From: the human T2T-CHM13v2.0 reference genome, Homo sapiens
Length of the DNA stretch: 64,000 nucleotides
NCBI RefSeq assembly: GCF_009914755.1
Contig: NC_060940.1
Strand: one strand, 5' to 3'
Position numbers and translations under genes: made by a program. Positions 42,130-58,730 of the stretch are shown piece after piece. The notes below the pieces were generated by a model. That model made no database searches. It had not been told where the DNA came from and worked only from the letters and a program-made list of their open reading frames with translations. Every line of letters begins with the position of its first letter. Position 1 is the first letter of the stretch.

Positions 42130-42295
42130 TGTTTTTTACTGACATATAATAATTGCACATTTTTATGGGGTACAGTGTGATGTTCTGACACATGCACACA
42201 TTGTGCAATGATCAAATCATTGTAATTAGCACATTCATTACCTTAAACATTTATCATTTCATTGTCGTGAGAACACTCAGAATACACTCCTGTTA
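42130..42295 (-). mobile_element. L1MA 3' fragment
   Basis: ATAATTGCACATTTTTATGGGGTACAGTGTGATG...AAACATTTATCATTTC. Confidence 0.75.
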
Positions 42296-42788
42296 ACCTA
42301 GGAAGGTCATCTCTGTGCATGTTCTGCCCTCCACCTCTCATTTTCAATTCTCTGAGCTCCACTGGTTAGCCACTGATGTCTCATCAGTGAAGAGCAGCTT
42401 CCAGGTTAGGTGTGATCATTCTGTACAAACTGTTCCACACCTGATCATTACTGGGTGGAAAATTTCCAGCATCTTCCTGATCTTTCTCTAATTAGGTGCA
42501 GAGCATGTGAGCTTTCTTCTCCCTTGAATCTTCTTCCCTGCTCACCATGTTGGTAAAATCCTGTATCTTCTTCAAAATTATTCTGACATCATCTCTTCCC
42601 TGAAACATTCTCTCATCCTCCCAAGGAAAATTAGTCATTCTATTTTTTCCAAAACCCCTATACTTTATACAGTACACATTACCATTTGCGTCTAATGCCC
42701 TGTATCACACATATTTATTTACACAATTGACTCTGCTTGTTTTCTTGAGGGAGCCAATTTTATCCTGTTCAACTCTGTCACTTTAGGT

Positions 42789-42978
42789 CAGTGGTTCTCC
42801 ACCCTGAATTCACAATGAAATCACCTGGGGAGGCTTAAGAAATGCAGATGCCTTGAAGAAACCCCAGGGGTTCTGGCTTCATTAGTCAAGGGTTTGGCAT
42901 TAGAGTGGGTTTTTAAAAGTAGATAGCTTTTGAATGTGACAGATAATCCTAATACATAACCAAGGTTGAGAGTCACTT
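42789..42978. mobile_element. MER5A within an L2 3' fragment (~42500-43000)
   Basis: CAGTGGTTCTC..AATCACCTGGGGAGG..AAATGCAGATGCC..CCAAGGTTGAGAGTCACT. Confidence 0.75.
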
Positions 42979-44347
42979 CCCTTTTTCCTAGCATAGGACT
43001 TGATGTATTAGATTCTTTGCCATGTAACTGTTTCACGTGTGTTACGTTCAATGCTCTTAACCTTTGGCAAATTTTCCCCTACAACTGTTATTAGGATAAG
43101 TCACCAAAATATCACTTGTTCCTGAAAAATTTAACAAACCTTTGAAATGGAAGTCACCATCCATCAGTGCTGTAGGGTCATAACAACACTTAAGAAATAG
43201 CTCCTCCTGAAGTTAACTTCATTATTTAACTGTTAAATTTATTATTTTTGCATGAAGCCCACATATACCCTGAAATATACTCTGTGGTCCAGAAACGGAA
43301 CTCTAAAACAACAGCAACGAACTTGACAGGCGCTTCCCGGGAAGTTCGAATTCCCCACACTCTGTCCCCACCAGCCATGGAATCCTAAGACTGTTCAAAC
43401 TGCTTTCCTGTAATCCCACATAAGAGGAGATCATTGTTAGCAAGAGGGCTGCATTGGTATCTGTGTGAGATTTCCCCTTTTGTTTGGTTTTGACTTGGAG
43501 AAGATTTTCCATTGTGATGCTCAGATGCAAAGGCAGAAAGAAGGTTTTACATCAGGTAGAGGATGGTATAAGCTGGAAGCCTGTTGGGAGACCTTTGGCA
43601 TATTTCTGAGTTAACATGGAAGAAGAAGAACTTTGAACAGTTTTCATCCTAATGACATGTTCAGAGTTTCCCCCATCGGCCCCTCCCCCTCAGTGGTTTG
43701 ATCATCTAGAAACAAATTGGGGATGCTTTGCTATTAATGATGTTGACCTCATTTGCTTCCTCGACCATCAGTGAGGAGTCCCCCCCCGATTTCCTTTTCC
43801 CTAGTTTGACCTGGAGGCCAGCTGTCATTCCACCTGTGCCTATTTCTACATATTTTAATATTCAGGCAAGGGTTAGACTTAATAAGAGCAGACAGATTCT
43901 GATTCTCCCTCTTTATTATTTTGAAAGCCATATTAACCTGGTCTAGGCTGACCTTATAAAAGCTGCAGTGAGAGCCTTATAATGTAGGCCACAGCCATCC
44001 CTTCCTTGAAAATGTCTTCCCTGATGCTAATAACCCATCACTTTAAATTAGTTCTTTAGGATTTAGGGCAGCTAGTTTACAGCCAGACACCTGCCTCATC
44101 CCCATTGGTAATAGCATCCACCTTCCAGGGTCAGAATGAAGTCCTAGAAACAGGGGGAATATGATGCAATTCAGCCCCTGTTATATTACAGGTATGGACA
44201 GAGAAAGGGCTAATTATGGTTAAGCAACATGGAGTATCAGCTTTGGGGAGGAATGTGGAGACCAGTGCTCCCCAAAGAACTGGGTATCAAGGGTTCTTGT
44301 TGAGCATTAAGGGGATAGACTTGTCATTTAAAAAAATGGAAGACCCA

Positions 44348-44684
<337 letters not shown>

Positions 44685-44691
44685 TTAATAG

Positions 44692-45116
44692 TGTCTTTGG
44701 CCATTTTTGCATTGCTACAAAGAAATACCTGAGACTGGGTAATTTATAAGAAGAGAGACTTAATTCATTCATAGTTCTGCAGGGTGTACAGGAAGCATAG
44801 CAGCATCTGCTTCTGGGGAGGCCTCAGGAAACTTACAAACGTTATGGAAAGTGATGGAGGAGCAGGCATGTCACATGGAAAAGCAGGAGCAAACAAGAGC
44901 GATGGGGGAGGTGCTACACACTTTTGAACGATCAGATCTCACAAGAATTCACTCACTATTGTGAGGACCACACCAAGGGGGATAGTGCTAAGCCATTTAT
45001 GAGAAACCACCCCCATGATCCATGATCCAGTCACCTCCCACCAGGACCCACCTCCAACACTGGGGATTACAATTCAATATGAGATCTAGGTGCGGATGCA
45101 CATCCAAACCATATCA
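44692..45116 (-). mobile_element. MSTB-like solo LTR
   Basis: TGTCTTTGGCCATTTTTGCATTGC...CAAACCATATCA; perfect TSD AATAG. Confidence 0.92.
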
Positions 45117-45124
45117 AATAGTAA

Positions 45125-45400
45125 TTAAAAGTAGCAGATGGCAAACGATTTCCATGGCTCTTGGACTGTTTTAGGAGCTGTATATGCATTGTCCTCTTTG
45201 ATCCTCATAACAATATTAAGAGGAAAGTACTACTATTATTATCACCCTGATTTATAAATGGGGAAACTGAGGCTCAGGAAAATGCAGAATTTACCTAGAG
45301 TCACACAGTCGAGAAATGGTGAAGCTGGGATTTGATGCCAAGGAATTTGACCCCCTCCCACCCCAAATGATGTTCTTGACCATTATGCTATACTGCCTTA
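45125..45400 (-). mobile_element. MIR
   Basis: ATCCTCATAACAA..GGAAACTGAGGCTCAG..GTCACACAG..GCTGGGATTTGA. Confidence 0.82.
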
Positions 45401-45804
45401 TTAACAGGGACCTGGTTATGCATTCTTTTCTTGAAAGGTGGAATCTTAGCATCCAGGACATAGTTTGAAGTCCTGAGTGCCAAGAGAGGTAAGGTAGCTT
45501 GCAAAAAACACAAGCCTCACACATTGCCCCCGGCTGTCCTGGTTTCTTGGGCTGGACTCCACCACCATCATCTGACAATAATTTGATATTCATTTTAGGA
45601 ATCATAAATATGGCCAAGAGTAGACTGCAGAAGATGTTTGCCCACTGGCCATATATGTCTGAGCACTGACAAATAAAAAGTATGCAACCCAGTCAATCAG
45701 AGGCAAAAGTAAGCAGCGATTTCAAGACTGCTTTCAGCCTCTTGAAGATAGCTCCACTGGCTGAACCACAGTGCTAATCAAGACAAGATTAATTAGTTCA
45801 GTGT

Positions 45805-46280
45805 AGTGTTTCTCAACCTCAGGACAATTGACATTTTGGGCTGGGTCAAAAAATTTTTTCGAAACAGTCTTGCTTTGTCACCCAGACTGGAGTGTAGTGG
45901 TGTGAGCATAGCTCACTACGGCCTCAAACTCCTGGGCTCAAGCAATCCTCCTACCTCAGCCTCCTGAGTAGCGGGGACTACAGGTGAGTACTACCATGCC
46001 CAGCTAATTTTTTAATTTTTTTTTTTTTTTAAGAGATAGGGTCTTGCTATGTTGCCAAGGCTGGTTTCGAACTCCTAGCCTCAAGCAATTCTCCTACCTT
46101 GGCCTCCCAAAGTGGGCAGGATAATTCTTTATTACGCAGAGTTGTCCTGTGCCTTTCCATATGCTCAGCAGCATCCCTGGCCTCCAATCACTAAATGCCC
46201 ATAGCACCCTCTGCCCCAGTTGGGACAACCCAAAATGTTTCCAGACGTTGCTAAATGTCTCCTGGGTGGGGTGGTAGGGT
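45805..46280 (-). mobile_element. MER20 interrupted by AluJ
   Basis: TTTCTCAACCTCAGGACAATTGACATTTTGGG...CAGCAGCATCCCTGGCCTC...CCAGACGTTGCTAAATGTC. Confidence 0.82.
45853..46115 (-). mobile_element. AluJ (5'-truncated)
   Basis: CATAGCTCACT..CCTGGGCTCAAGCAATCCTCC, J-type. Confidence 0.9.
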
Positions 46281-46287
46281 ATCAACA

Positions 46288-46500
46288 CACCAGTGAGAAC
46301 CACAATATAGTTCTCAAACTATCTCAAACTTTAGTGGGCATCAAAATTATACCAGGGGTTGATAAAACAGAGGTTTCTGGCCCTATCACCGTAGTTTCCA
46401 AGACGTTGATTTTAGGTCAGTTCTAAGAATTTGCATTTCTAGTAAGTTTCATGTGGTGCTGATGATGCTAGCCTGGGAACCACCCTTTGAGAACCACTGA
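46288..46500. mobile_element. MER5A
   Basis: GTTCTCAAACTTTAG..AGAATTTGCATTTCT..TTTGAGAACCACTG. Confidence 0.78.
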
Positions 46501-47579
46501 GCTAATCCATTTTGTTATGTCGTCAGAGCTACACATATTATTAATCCTGGAAAGGGACAGTAGAGATAGTGTGAATGAATCGGATGCCATCTTTCACTTG
46601 CTAGGAAAAGAAAGGCTCTGTCTTAGACTTTCTGTCGAAGAGTCCGGGAGTGGAAAAAAGCTGCAGTTACATTAAAAAGACATGAATTTAAGCCCATAAC
46701 AAAAAACTGGATGAGTTATTTAAAATCTCAAACCCTCAATTTCCTAATCTATGAAATAGAGCTAAGAACAAGTGACATTTTATTTACACTGGATTGTTGG
46801 TGGCTCAAAGAAATAATGAAATAACAATCCCAAACTTTGATCACCCTCAAAACACATTACAATTTCTTACCACATCCACCCACCACTTGAAATTAATACT
46901 TCTTTAAACTAATTCACTAAAATAAGTGGGAAAAAAATCTTAATTATCTACTTTATTATAAGAAATATCTGTAAAAATCATCATTTTCACTTGCTAATTA
47001 TGTTTTCCCTAATATGCATTAAAATAACTATTAAAAATTTCCATGTATCAGCTACAATTATCTATATCTCCTGTGGTTCACGTTCCACACTTTGGAGGAC
47101 ACTGAGATATTTATGAGGGAGATTTAGATATTGCAAAGTGTTGTACAAATTCAAGGTGTGGTCATCAACCTTGCCTGGGCAGGGCAGATGTTGTAATTGT
47201 CTAGAAAGTGAGCAAATGGTGACATCAAGGTGGCCCTCCATGGTGTAAACCAGTGCAGCAAGCATATGTTTTCCTTCTGCTCTTGAAGCTTGGCTGTATA
47301 TCAGAATTAGCCACTGAACCTGTTATCCTATCACTTTTGGTCTTTGAGAGCTCTTCCTAATACACTTTGATACCATTTCAAATGGGAGACAGTGAATTAA
47401 AAGGGGAGAGCAAACTGGAGCCAGTAGGAGTGTACTTAACACTAACAAGATCCACCTGAGTTTCAGTTATTTCTCTTGTTATCAAAACGGGTCTTCATTC
47501 AGAAGAGAACCATCAATGACTTTAGCACAATACTTCCTGAGGACTTCACCCCAGAGCTTTGTCAATGTTGGCAAATTAA

Positions 47580-47967
<388 letters not shown>

Positions 47968-48518
47968 TGCTTTTCATTTTAAATCTATGGTTCTCCCCTC
48001 TACACATATTAGCCTCACCTTAGAATATTTTTGAAAAATTAATGCATGGGCCCTACCCCAGACCGATTAATGCATGGACTCCACCCCTGAAGATGGAACC
48101 TAAACGTAAGTATTTTTAGAGCACCTCAGGTGACCCAAACGTACATCCATGGTGAAGAACCCTGCTTTAAAGGAAGGAGAAAAAGTCCCCAGATACTTGA
48201 GCTTCCTGTAACCGAATGACTTCTTTTTTTAGAGACAAACAAGCACCAATTTTAGTTCTAAGAAGGAAATGCCCTTTCCCCTTTGACCTCATACACTGAC
48301 TTTTTCTCCACCCCAAATGGCAACCCATTCTTTTCCACATCTAGGCTCAAAGAAAGGAACAAACGAAGCTTGTTGAGTACCTAATACTATAACCTGCCCC
48401 AGGTTATAAAGTGTTTACTTCAACAAACACTGTTCTAAGGGTTTTACATGAAATTCACTGGATCCTCATCATGAGTAAATATTATTATAAGTTTTCTTAT
48501 AAAGGAGAGCTATTAGGT

Positions 48519-49100
48519 TGTCCATCCAGCACAACCACAACTTCTGGAATCTCCCTCAGCGTTTTTGGAGAACGCCTCCCTCCCTCCATCTACAAGGTTC
48601 TAGTGGGAGCCGCCATTTTAGTACAACACCACTCCCAGTCTTTAGACGCAGATAATTGGGCTAGAAATAAAATGCACAAGATTTAGTCAGGCTAATTAAC
48701 TTCTTCACTGAGAGCCCAGAGTTGAGAGGGGCAGAGAGAGAAAACGAGAAAGAGATAGGAGAAAGTGAGAGAGAAAAGATCTGCAGAGTCATGTGACTAG
48801 TCTAGTTAAATATAAGGTAGTGGCGTCAGCAGTCAGTATTTTTCTTGTATGTGTAGATAGTAAAGGAAGCTAGTCTGCAGTGAGTAAGAAGAATGAAGCA
48901 AACACACTCAGAGAAGTTCATATAACAGATAAAGCCCACACGGAATTCAAGTTCCTAGTTATCCCTGTTTGCCCCGACACTCAGATCTGCTCTTGGGCTC
49001 GGTGAGAAACCTCAGTATCTTATAATAAATTCCCCCTTTTTGCTTAAACAAGCCTGAGCGGGTTTCTGTTACTGGCAACCAAAGGAACTTACATTAATAT
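48519..49100 (+). mobile_element. Old MaLR LTR (MLT1K/L-like)
   Basis: AATAAATTCCCCCTTTTTGCTTAA..GGGTTTCTGTTACTGGCAACCAAA 3' end. Confidence 0.6.
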
Positions 49101-50249
49101 GACCATATGTAGGATATGGGGAAGGAGTTCAAAAAAGTATAAGACTTTGGCAGATGCTCTATAGGAATGGAATTTACAATTCAGGAAACGTGATAGAAAA
49201 ATCTAAGATTTGGAGTCAGACACAGGGCAGCTCCAAACTCTCACTCAATAGACTGTGTCATCTTGGATAGTTATTTTACCTCTGCGAACCACAGGCTTTT
49301 CATTTGCATAAAGGATACCAATATTTCATGTGGCTGTTGGGAAAATTAAACACTAGTATACTGCCTGGCACTTCGGGGGGCCTCAATTAATCAGAATTCC
49401 TTTCCCTGTCTTAAAACTAGATCCCCGGGAACAAAGAGAAGAGGCTTCTGAAAGCTTGCCCAGCAAGATCATAGACCCGAGCATGAATGGGTTTTATGTG
49501 ATCATAATCCCCTCACCTTTCCCCTTGCTCAGGAGAAGAGGAGACATAACATCATATAACCTAAAGAGTCCATTTCCACACTTCTGACTCCCTGCAACCC
49601 AAAGAGCATCAGAGCAGCCAATTAAGATGTTTTATTTTAAAAGTTCTCAGTGAAGGAAAGTGCAAAGAAGAGGTCACAGAACTTGGAGTTCAAAAAAAAA
49701 ATAAGAAAAAAAGTCCACTGGAGCATGTACTCTGAACGTGTCTTATTCTAAAACAAAAATTGTTTTAAAAACTGGGTTACTGAATTGAAATTCATCAAGA
49801 TCCTCATTAAAAGTATGACCTTTCCTCATATGAATCCCAAAAAGAAAGAAAGGCATTTTTTTGGAGGTCATAGAAAAAAAACTGGGGCTTTGGAGCCAGG
49901 CAGATTCTGGGTTTAAATTTTGGCTTTGCCTCTTCGTACATAAATGACCTGCAGCAAGCCATGTCCCCTGTTCCAGCACCAGTTAATCTCCCCACGGTAA
50001 CATAGACCTAAAATCCCTAATTAATTGAGTTGATAAAGGAATTACATAAGATTCTTGTAATGTGCCTACGTAGTGTCTAGCACTTAGCATATGCTCAATA
50101 AAAGTGGTCACAGCTCCTTTCCATACCCCATAAAGTTTTAGTATGGCCCTAAAGAACATGTACGTGATGATCAGACACAGTCAGGGGCAAGTTCCACTTC
50201 TGATTTGATGACCCTGTGAAACTTACTTAACTTTTTAGACCTCCAGTTT

Positions 50250-50968
50250 TGTAAATAAAATATAAAATCCTAAGCTTCCCAGCTGACTGAACAGACTCCC
50301 TCTTGGCCAAGGGGACCCCAGAGAAAACCTGAAAAACTGAGTTCCCACCATGACAGAATAGGAGGTCAAACATGCCTCATGACAGCCCCTCTGTTTTGCA
50401 GTTTGGACACAATTAACCAGAGTGAATGTTCAAATAGCAATCGTAAGACTGATAGAATGGATTATTTGTGGCAATGGATATCAAATTATAAACAGGACCT
50501 AAATCCATGCCAGGCAAAAGTTAACTCACACACCCCAAAAGGTCAATCTGGATTGTACTGTGTCTTGATCTTGCAACTCAACCCTGGCATAGCATGCCAC
50601 GATGATTAGCTGACTTTATCTCAACTTAAACATTCCTTTCTGCTGACTCCAAGTTTTTAGACAAAGCTTTGTTCCTTTAATCATTTGCAAATTAAAGGAC
50701 CTCTAAACCCACCTATGACCTGTAAATCTCCACTTCAAGATATCTCACCATTCTGGGGCCAATGCATAATCTCCATGCCTTGATTTATGACTTTGCTTGT
50801 AACTTCTGCTTCCCTCAAATGTATAACACAAAGTTACAGTCCAACTGCCTTGGGACCACTTACTCAAGGCTACTTTGGTTTGTGTTTTCCCTGGGCTGCA
50901 GTCACGCATATTGGCTCAGAATAAACCTCCTTGCAATATGTGACAGAGTTTGTTTTTTTCCACCAACA
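50250..50968 (+). mobile_element. ERV1 (MER4-group) solo LTR nested in a MIR
   Basis: TGTAAA..AAAATCCTAAGC..CTCTTGGCCAAGGGGACCCCAGAG..GGCTCAGAATAAACCTC..CAACA; 4-bp TSD GTTT. Confidence 0.85.
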
Positions 50969-50994
50969 GTTTCCTTCTTTGTTAAACAGAAAAA

Positions 50995-51255
50995 ACAACA
51001 CCAACCTATAGGACATCCTGTGTTTGCCCACCCATATCCACTTCCCTTTCTTTCTTCCTCATAGAAGTATGATGTTCTTCAGGCAGTGCCGTTCCCTGGT
51101 AGGCAGATGCTTGTGAGAGGCCAATCCCACCCACAGCTCCAGGTAACCTGATTGATCTGGAGGAAATCCTATTCTCTTGATTGGTTCAGGAATGGGCATG
51201 TGACATAACTGCAGCCAATGAGACAAGAGCAGAAGCTTACTACAGACTTTTGGGA
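50995..51255 (+). repeat. Direct duplication copy A2 (truncated duplicate of the MLT1 LTR 5' part at 51911-52190)
   Basis: Shared ACCTATAG, CCACTTCCCTTT, GGCAGATGCTTG, ATTGGTTCAGGAATGG and GCCAATGAGACAAGA. Confidence 0.9.
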
Positions 51256-51910
<655 letters not shown>

Positions 51911-51913
<3 letters not shown>

Positions 51914-52490
51914 ATACCACCTACCTATAGTGTACCCTAGGCACCTTGTTTTTGCCCCCCCAGAACCACTTCCCTTTTTCTTCCTTCCTTACAGAAGAAG
52001 CATGATTTCCTTTAGGCAGCACCATTCCCAGGTCGGCAGATGCTTGCAGGAGGCCAACCTGACCTGTAGCTCCAAGGGTGACCTGATTGGTCTGGAGAAA
52101 ATCCCATTCCCTCCATTGGTTCAGGAATGGTCATGTGACACAACTTTAGCCAATGAGACAAGAACAGGCGCTTGCTAGAGACTTCTGGGAAAAGTTTTCT
52201 CAAGGAATCTCTTCCATTTCTGAATGTTGTCTGATCTCCACATGATGCCTGGGACTATTTCACCCACTTCATGACCAGCCTAGGGGTAAAGCCAACAGTG
52301 AGTAAAGCAGAGAAGAAAGATAAAAAGGAGCTTCCTGGAGTCTTGTATTATCATTGATGCCCTGAATCAACCTCCATTGAAACTTGCCTTACCTGTGAGT
52401 TTCCTGTTGAAGGCAGTAATGAATAACCTCTCATTTAGTCAGCTGGGGTTGCAATTTCAATTATTGTACCCAAAAGTATCCTAACTAATG
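51911..52490 (+). mobile_element. MLT1J/K-like solo LTR (5' part is copy A2')
   Basis: ATTGGTTCAGGAATGGTCATGTGAC..GCCAATGAGAC..CTTCTGGGAAA..AAAAGTATCCTAACTAAT. Confidence 0.7.
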
Positions 52491-52521
52491 AGAGTTAATT
52501 AAGTTACCACATGTAAATTGC

Positions 52522-52821
52522 TTGTCCCAGTCAAACCTGGGACCCCAGTAAGGGCACCGAAAATGATTAGCTCTTAACACAAATGCCATCACACCAGCAA
52601 TAATAAAAACAACAGCAGCCACAATAAAAGTAACAGCTAACACTTCCTATGTGCCAGACACATATCTTAAGTGCTTACCATATTTAAATTATTTAATTTT
52701 CACAATAACTCCCCCAATCTTACAGATGGGGAAAACTCAGTTCAGAGAGGTCGAGTAATCTTTCTGAGGTCACACAGCTGGTAGGTGATGTTTAAACCCA
52801 GGCAGCCAAGTACTAGAGTCC
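52522..52821 (-). mobile_element. MIR plus flank (segment B2, donor of the inverted copy)
   Basis: TTACAGATGGGGAAAAC..CAGAGAGG..GGTCACACAGCTGG..AAACCCAGGCAG. Confidence 0.85.
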
Positions 52822-53822
52822 ATGATACGAAAAAGAAGATCACAAAGAAATTTGATTTGACCTTCTGGTTTGGCCTCCCTTTCTCCCTCTAGCTGCTAAA
52901 CAAAGTCAAGGCAAATTAGCAGGGTCCCTGAGGAGCGATCACCATGAGGTGGAGAGGGGACTGATTTTGAAGTCAGAGATGTATGAGCAATCTCAAGTAA
53001 GATGCGTAATCCCACCGGGACTGAATTGCTTACCTGTGAAATGGTGGGGCGGTGTGGGGGGCAGGGAATACTCACCTCTTAAAATTATTATAAGGATTTA
53101 GAACAATTCATGTTCAGTGTGTGGCACAGGGCCTAAATGAAAGCTATTAAAGATGAATTATCACAGTACTCGAGCACTTTCATACCTTTCTCCCATTTAC
53201 CAGCTGCCTTCTTTGTCTCATTTAGTGATGACACGAAGAAGAAGAAATACTTAAGGAGATTGAATGCCAACCAAATCGGCAGTTAACACTTGAATTTAAA
53301 TCCCCTTTTCTGCCTCCCCTCTAAGGAGTCTGATGATAACTCCCTTCCAGGGTTTCATTTCATAACCTGGGCCAATTTGACTCATTATCTCCCTGTCAGC
53401 ACGAAGAGAATGAAAACCAGTTGTCATTACCAACTTATCCCTGCTCTGAATAGAATATGGGATGGAGGAGAAGTGAATGCCCTGTATAGGTTGTTAACCC
53501 CCAAGAACAAATTCAAGGATTCTGGGACAAGCCCAGCCCTAGATCAGGCTGCAAATGTCCAGAGGCTTCTGGGTAACCTCAGGTGATAACCTTGGAAGGA
53601 GGGGGATACAGGGATAAGAGCAGAGGAAACACAGCTGGAGGAAGTAAACTTTGGCAAAAATGAATGGAGCATGGTGTTGAGAGCCACAAATCACATCAAA
53701 CCAGAGCAGAGGTTCCAGACTCAGACTGACCTGGGCTTGAATCCAAGCTGCTGCCCTGTGGCCGTGGGCAGGTTGATCTCACTAAGCCTAAGTTTTCTTG
53801 CCAGTATGATGGAATAATACTA

Positions 53823-53831
53823 TGTGCATGT

Positions 53832-53862
<31 letters not shown>
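53823..53862 (+). repeat. (TG)n microsatellite
   Basis: 13 pure TG units at 53837-53862. Confidence 0.95.
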
Positions 53863-55058
53863 AACGCTAACTAAAATATGACTATCCTCTGAGAGCAGTT
53901 ATTGTTTTTACCTCATGTGCCAAAAGTTGGGAAAGTGTCCCCCTTGCTTCACATGGCTGCCTTCTGACAATTTCTTTTCCTTCCTGCTTCCAACATTTCA
54001 GTTTCTTTCAAGGCCATGCCAAACCTTCACCATCCACAGATCCTGCTTTCAAAGTCTTCTGCTGATTTCCCAGACACTCACTCTTTCATTCCCTGAAGAT
54101 TCCAGCACCTGGATCACTGTCTTCCTGTCCCCTGCTATTCCTGTCTTCCATCCTCGTGAGTCTAATATCCACATAAATTATCCATCCAATCCCCTCGCTT
54201 CTCAGGTCTTTTGCCCCCTACCTCCAAAAGTCTGGTTTTCTGCCCCACCTCAGCCCCTTACTTACCTCATTACTCTGTAGGACTTTGAGTGCATCAGATC
54301 CAAGATCTCAAACCTAAACATTTCATTCTCCAATTACATCCTCTTATTTTTCCAGCTCACCCTTGTGAGGCCCCTTCATCTGATCATTCTTCTCCACCAG
54401 TGAGACATCTAATCCATGGTCCCCCATGACTACCTCTTTACTCATCATCCCTTGTCTGCTCTTACTTTCTTCCCCACACAGTTTAGATTCAGAGTCAAGC
54501 ACTGTATCTTACTTGGGGACACCTTTAACGCTCTTATCTCCTCTCGTTTTGGTTCCCCAGGCAAGCCACGTCTAGATTAAACCCAGTACTTCACCTATTC
54601 TGTGCCTGAAGCCTAGGCAGCTCAGAATGATTGGAGAAAACTTACACCAAGCTTACTGGCCTCTCCTTACCCTTATGACCACAGTCCTGCTGAAAAGTTC
54701 CGCTGTTTTCCCTAGAAAGTTTGCCTTTCTATTTTTCCAAGATGACTACTTGGTGTCTTCTCTCCCAACCTCCAATGCTTCTCCAATCTTAGAAAATTGA
54801 TGACCATCCTCTCGTATAAGGACCTCTTCATCACCCCACCCCCACCACCAAATACACAAGCCTCTGTGGGGACTAATTCTGACCTTCCCTGTTGCATTGG
54901 CTGGACTGTCTATCTAAAGCCAACCCCTCCACTTATGCAAAGCCCCTTCTTCTTCAAGGATATCACTGCTTCAATTGTCCCCCATCTCTTCTGCATCAAT
55001 TTCCCCCTCTTTGTGGATTATTTCTATAAGTCTATATGCATGCTACCATAACTCTCAA

Positions 55059-55359
55059 TTTTTTTTTTTTTTTTTTTTGAGACAGAGTCTCGCTGTATCG
55101 CCTAGGCTGGAGTGCAGTGGCGCGATCTCGGCTCACTGCAAACTCCTCCTCCCAGGTTCACACCATTCTCCTGCCTCAGCCTCCTGAGTAGCTGGGACTA
55201 CAGGCGCCTGCCACTGCGCCCAGCTAATTTTTTGTATTTTTAGTAGAGACAGGGTTTCACCGTGTTAGCCAGGCTGGTCTCCATCTCCTGACCTCGTGAT
55301 CCGCCCGCCTCAGCCTCCCAAAGTGTTGGGATTATAGGCGTGAGCCACCGCGCCTGGCC
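55059..55359 (-). mobile_element. AluY
   Basis: CACCGTGTTAGCCAGG, GACCTCGTGATCCGCCCGCC and CACCATTCTCC. Confidence 0.93.
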
Positions 55360-55501
55360 TGGTAACTCATTTTTAAGAACACTTCCCTTAATACCACATC
55401 TCCCTCCAACCACCACCCCATTTCTTTTTACCATTTACAACACAATGCCCCACATTCTAGAGTATTCTATCTCCATATGTCTCTTATCCACACCATTTCA
55501 C

Positions 55502-55811
<310 letters not shown>

Positions 55812-56239
55812 TGACTTATCAAGATGGCTAATAACTTCCAAGTTGCCAAAATTAATTATTAATTTTCAACCCTCTTTTTACAAGAATTGTCAGCAATCTT
55901 TGACACATTTGACCACATCTCCCTGTGTGAAAACACTGTGTCCCTGACTTTAAAGATGCCACACTCTTCTTCAGGGGAAACTCTCCTTCAGTCTTTTTTG
56001 CTGGATCTTCCTCATATATCAACCTCTAAGTGCTGAAATGTTCCAAGGTGTAGTCGTTAGCCTGATCTGTCTTCTCCCCTCTTCTCTTTCCCTTTCCTTT
56101 CTCCTCTCCTCTTATCTATGCCTTCTAAAATCTTTCCCTAGATGACCACATCTATTCTTATTCTTTTTAATATCACCTATATGTTGATGATCCCAGAAAT
56201 AACATTGCTCGCCAACCTTTCCACAATATTCTGCTTCCC

Positions 56240-56621
<382 letters not shown>

Positions 56622-56730
56622 TCAAAAAATAGAAATCTTGATGTCTCTGAGAGAACCCACTCCATGTGCAAAATATATGCTCAATCTGGCCACTTATTAC
56701 TCCCTTCATTATAACTCTTATAGCCTAAGC

Positions 56731-56937
56731 CAGGGACCCACAAACTATGCTCCTTGAGCCCAAGCCAGCCAGCAACCTGTTCTTGGAAAACAGTCACACT
56801 CGTTCGTTTACTTATTCTCTACAGCTGTGTTTATGCTATAATGGCAGGATTGAGTGGTTGTGACAGAAACCATTTGGCTCACAAAGTCTAAAATTCTTAC
56901 TGTTTGGCTCCTTGCAAAAAAAGTTTGCTGCCCCCTG
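56731..56937. mobile_element. MER58A (hAT-Charlie)
   Basis: CAGGG...CCCCTG termini, AAAAAGTTTGC; 8-bp TSD GCCTAAGC/GTCTAGGC. Confidence 0.85.
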
Positions 56938-57153
56938 GTCTAGGCCCCTGTTGTTTCATGCCCATGAGGCTTTCCTGGCCTCCTTCTTGGTAGTCTTTCT
57001 TCCATAATTTTCCTTCTGCATCCAGAAGCCAGAATAATGTTCTTAGGACACAAATCATATCTTACAACTCTCTTAATCAAATAGCTCTAATTGTTCCATC
57101 ATATTTGCAATAAAATGCCCAGTCTGGTTCACGGTCTGCAAGACCTAGAATAA

Positions 57154-57573
<420 letters not shown>

Positions 57574-58422
57574 TGAGTTTGTTTTTCTATCTGCCTAAAT
57601 AACTTTTCCTCTACATATCCCTGTGGCTACTTCTTTTCAGTATTTAAATCTCTGCTGCAGCATCCTCTCCTCCCCAGTGAGAATGGCATTTCTCCTTTGA
57701 CAGGAATTTTGTCTCTCTCATTGGCTGCCATGTCTATAGTACCCAGAACATTGTAGACTCTCAGTATATAATTGTGGAGTATAAGAACAAACGAATAAGC
57801 CCTAACATAGAGATAAGCATAAAGAACTGTGAACACACAAAGCAAGGGCACCCAGCACTTCTCGGCATTGCGGAATGGTTAAAAAGACTAGCAAAGAAGA
57901 AGACGCTGGAAGGGGAAGAAGGTGTTTCAGAAAGAAGAACAAAAATGTACAAAGACAGTAGCCATGAGAGAAGCTTGCACCATGTGCATGTACAAGGCAC
58001 ATAGAATATACCATAGATATAGCTACAGATATAGATCAGGGTGTGGGGGTGGAAATAGGCATAGTCAGATAATAAAAGATTTTAACTGTGAAACAGTTAC
58101 ATCTTTTCTGGGGTCGTTGAGAAGTTATTAATGGCTAAACAGAATAGTGGCATGATCAGAAATGCTGGGATCCCACACTAATGTTGTCCTACTACTCAAA
58201 ATTCCACAGTCTTTCTCCACTACTAGTTTCTCTGGACTTTCAGCATCAAGGATCTTAATTTGGTGTCTGGTTCTTGAGTCAAGCTTAACATGTTTCATAA
58301 CTCTGACATACCAGCTCCACTTCTGGAATCCCATAATAAGGTAATGACCTAAAATCCTGGAAAACATACATGCACAAAAATGTTTAACACAGTATAATTT
58401 ATACTAGAAAAAAAAATTTAAG

Positions 58423-58730
<308 letters not shown>

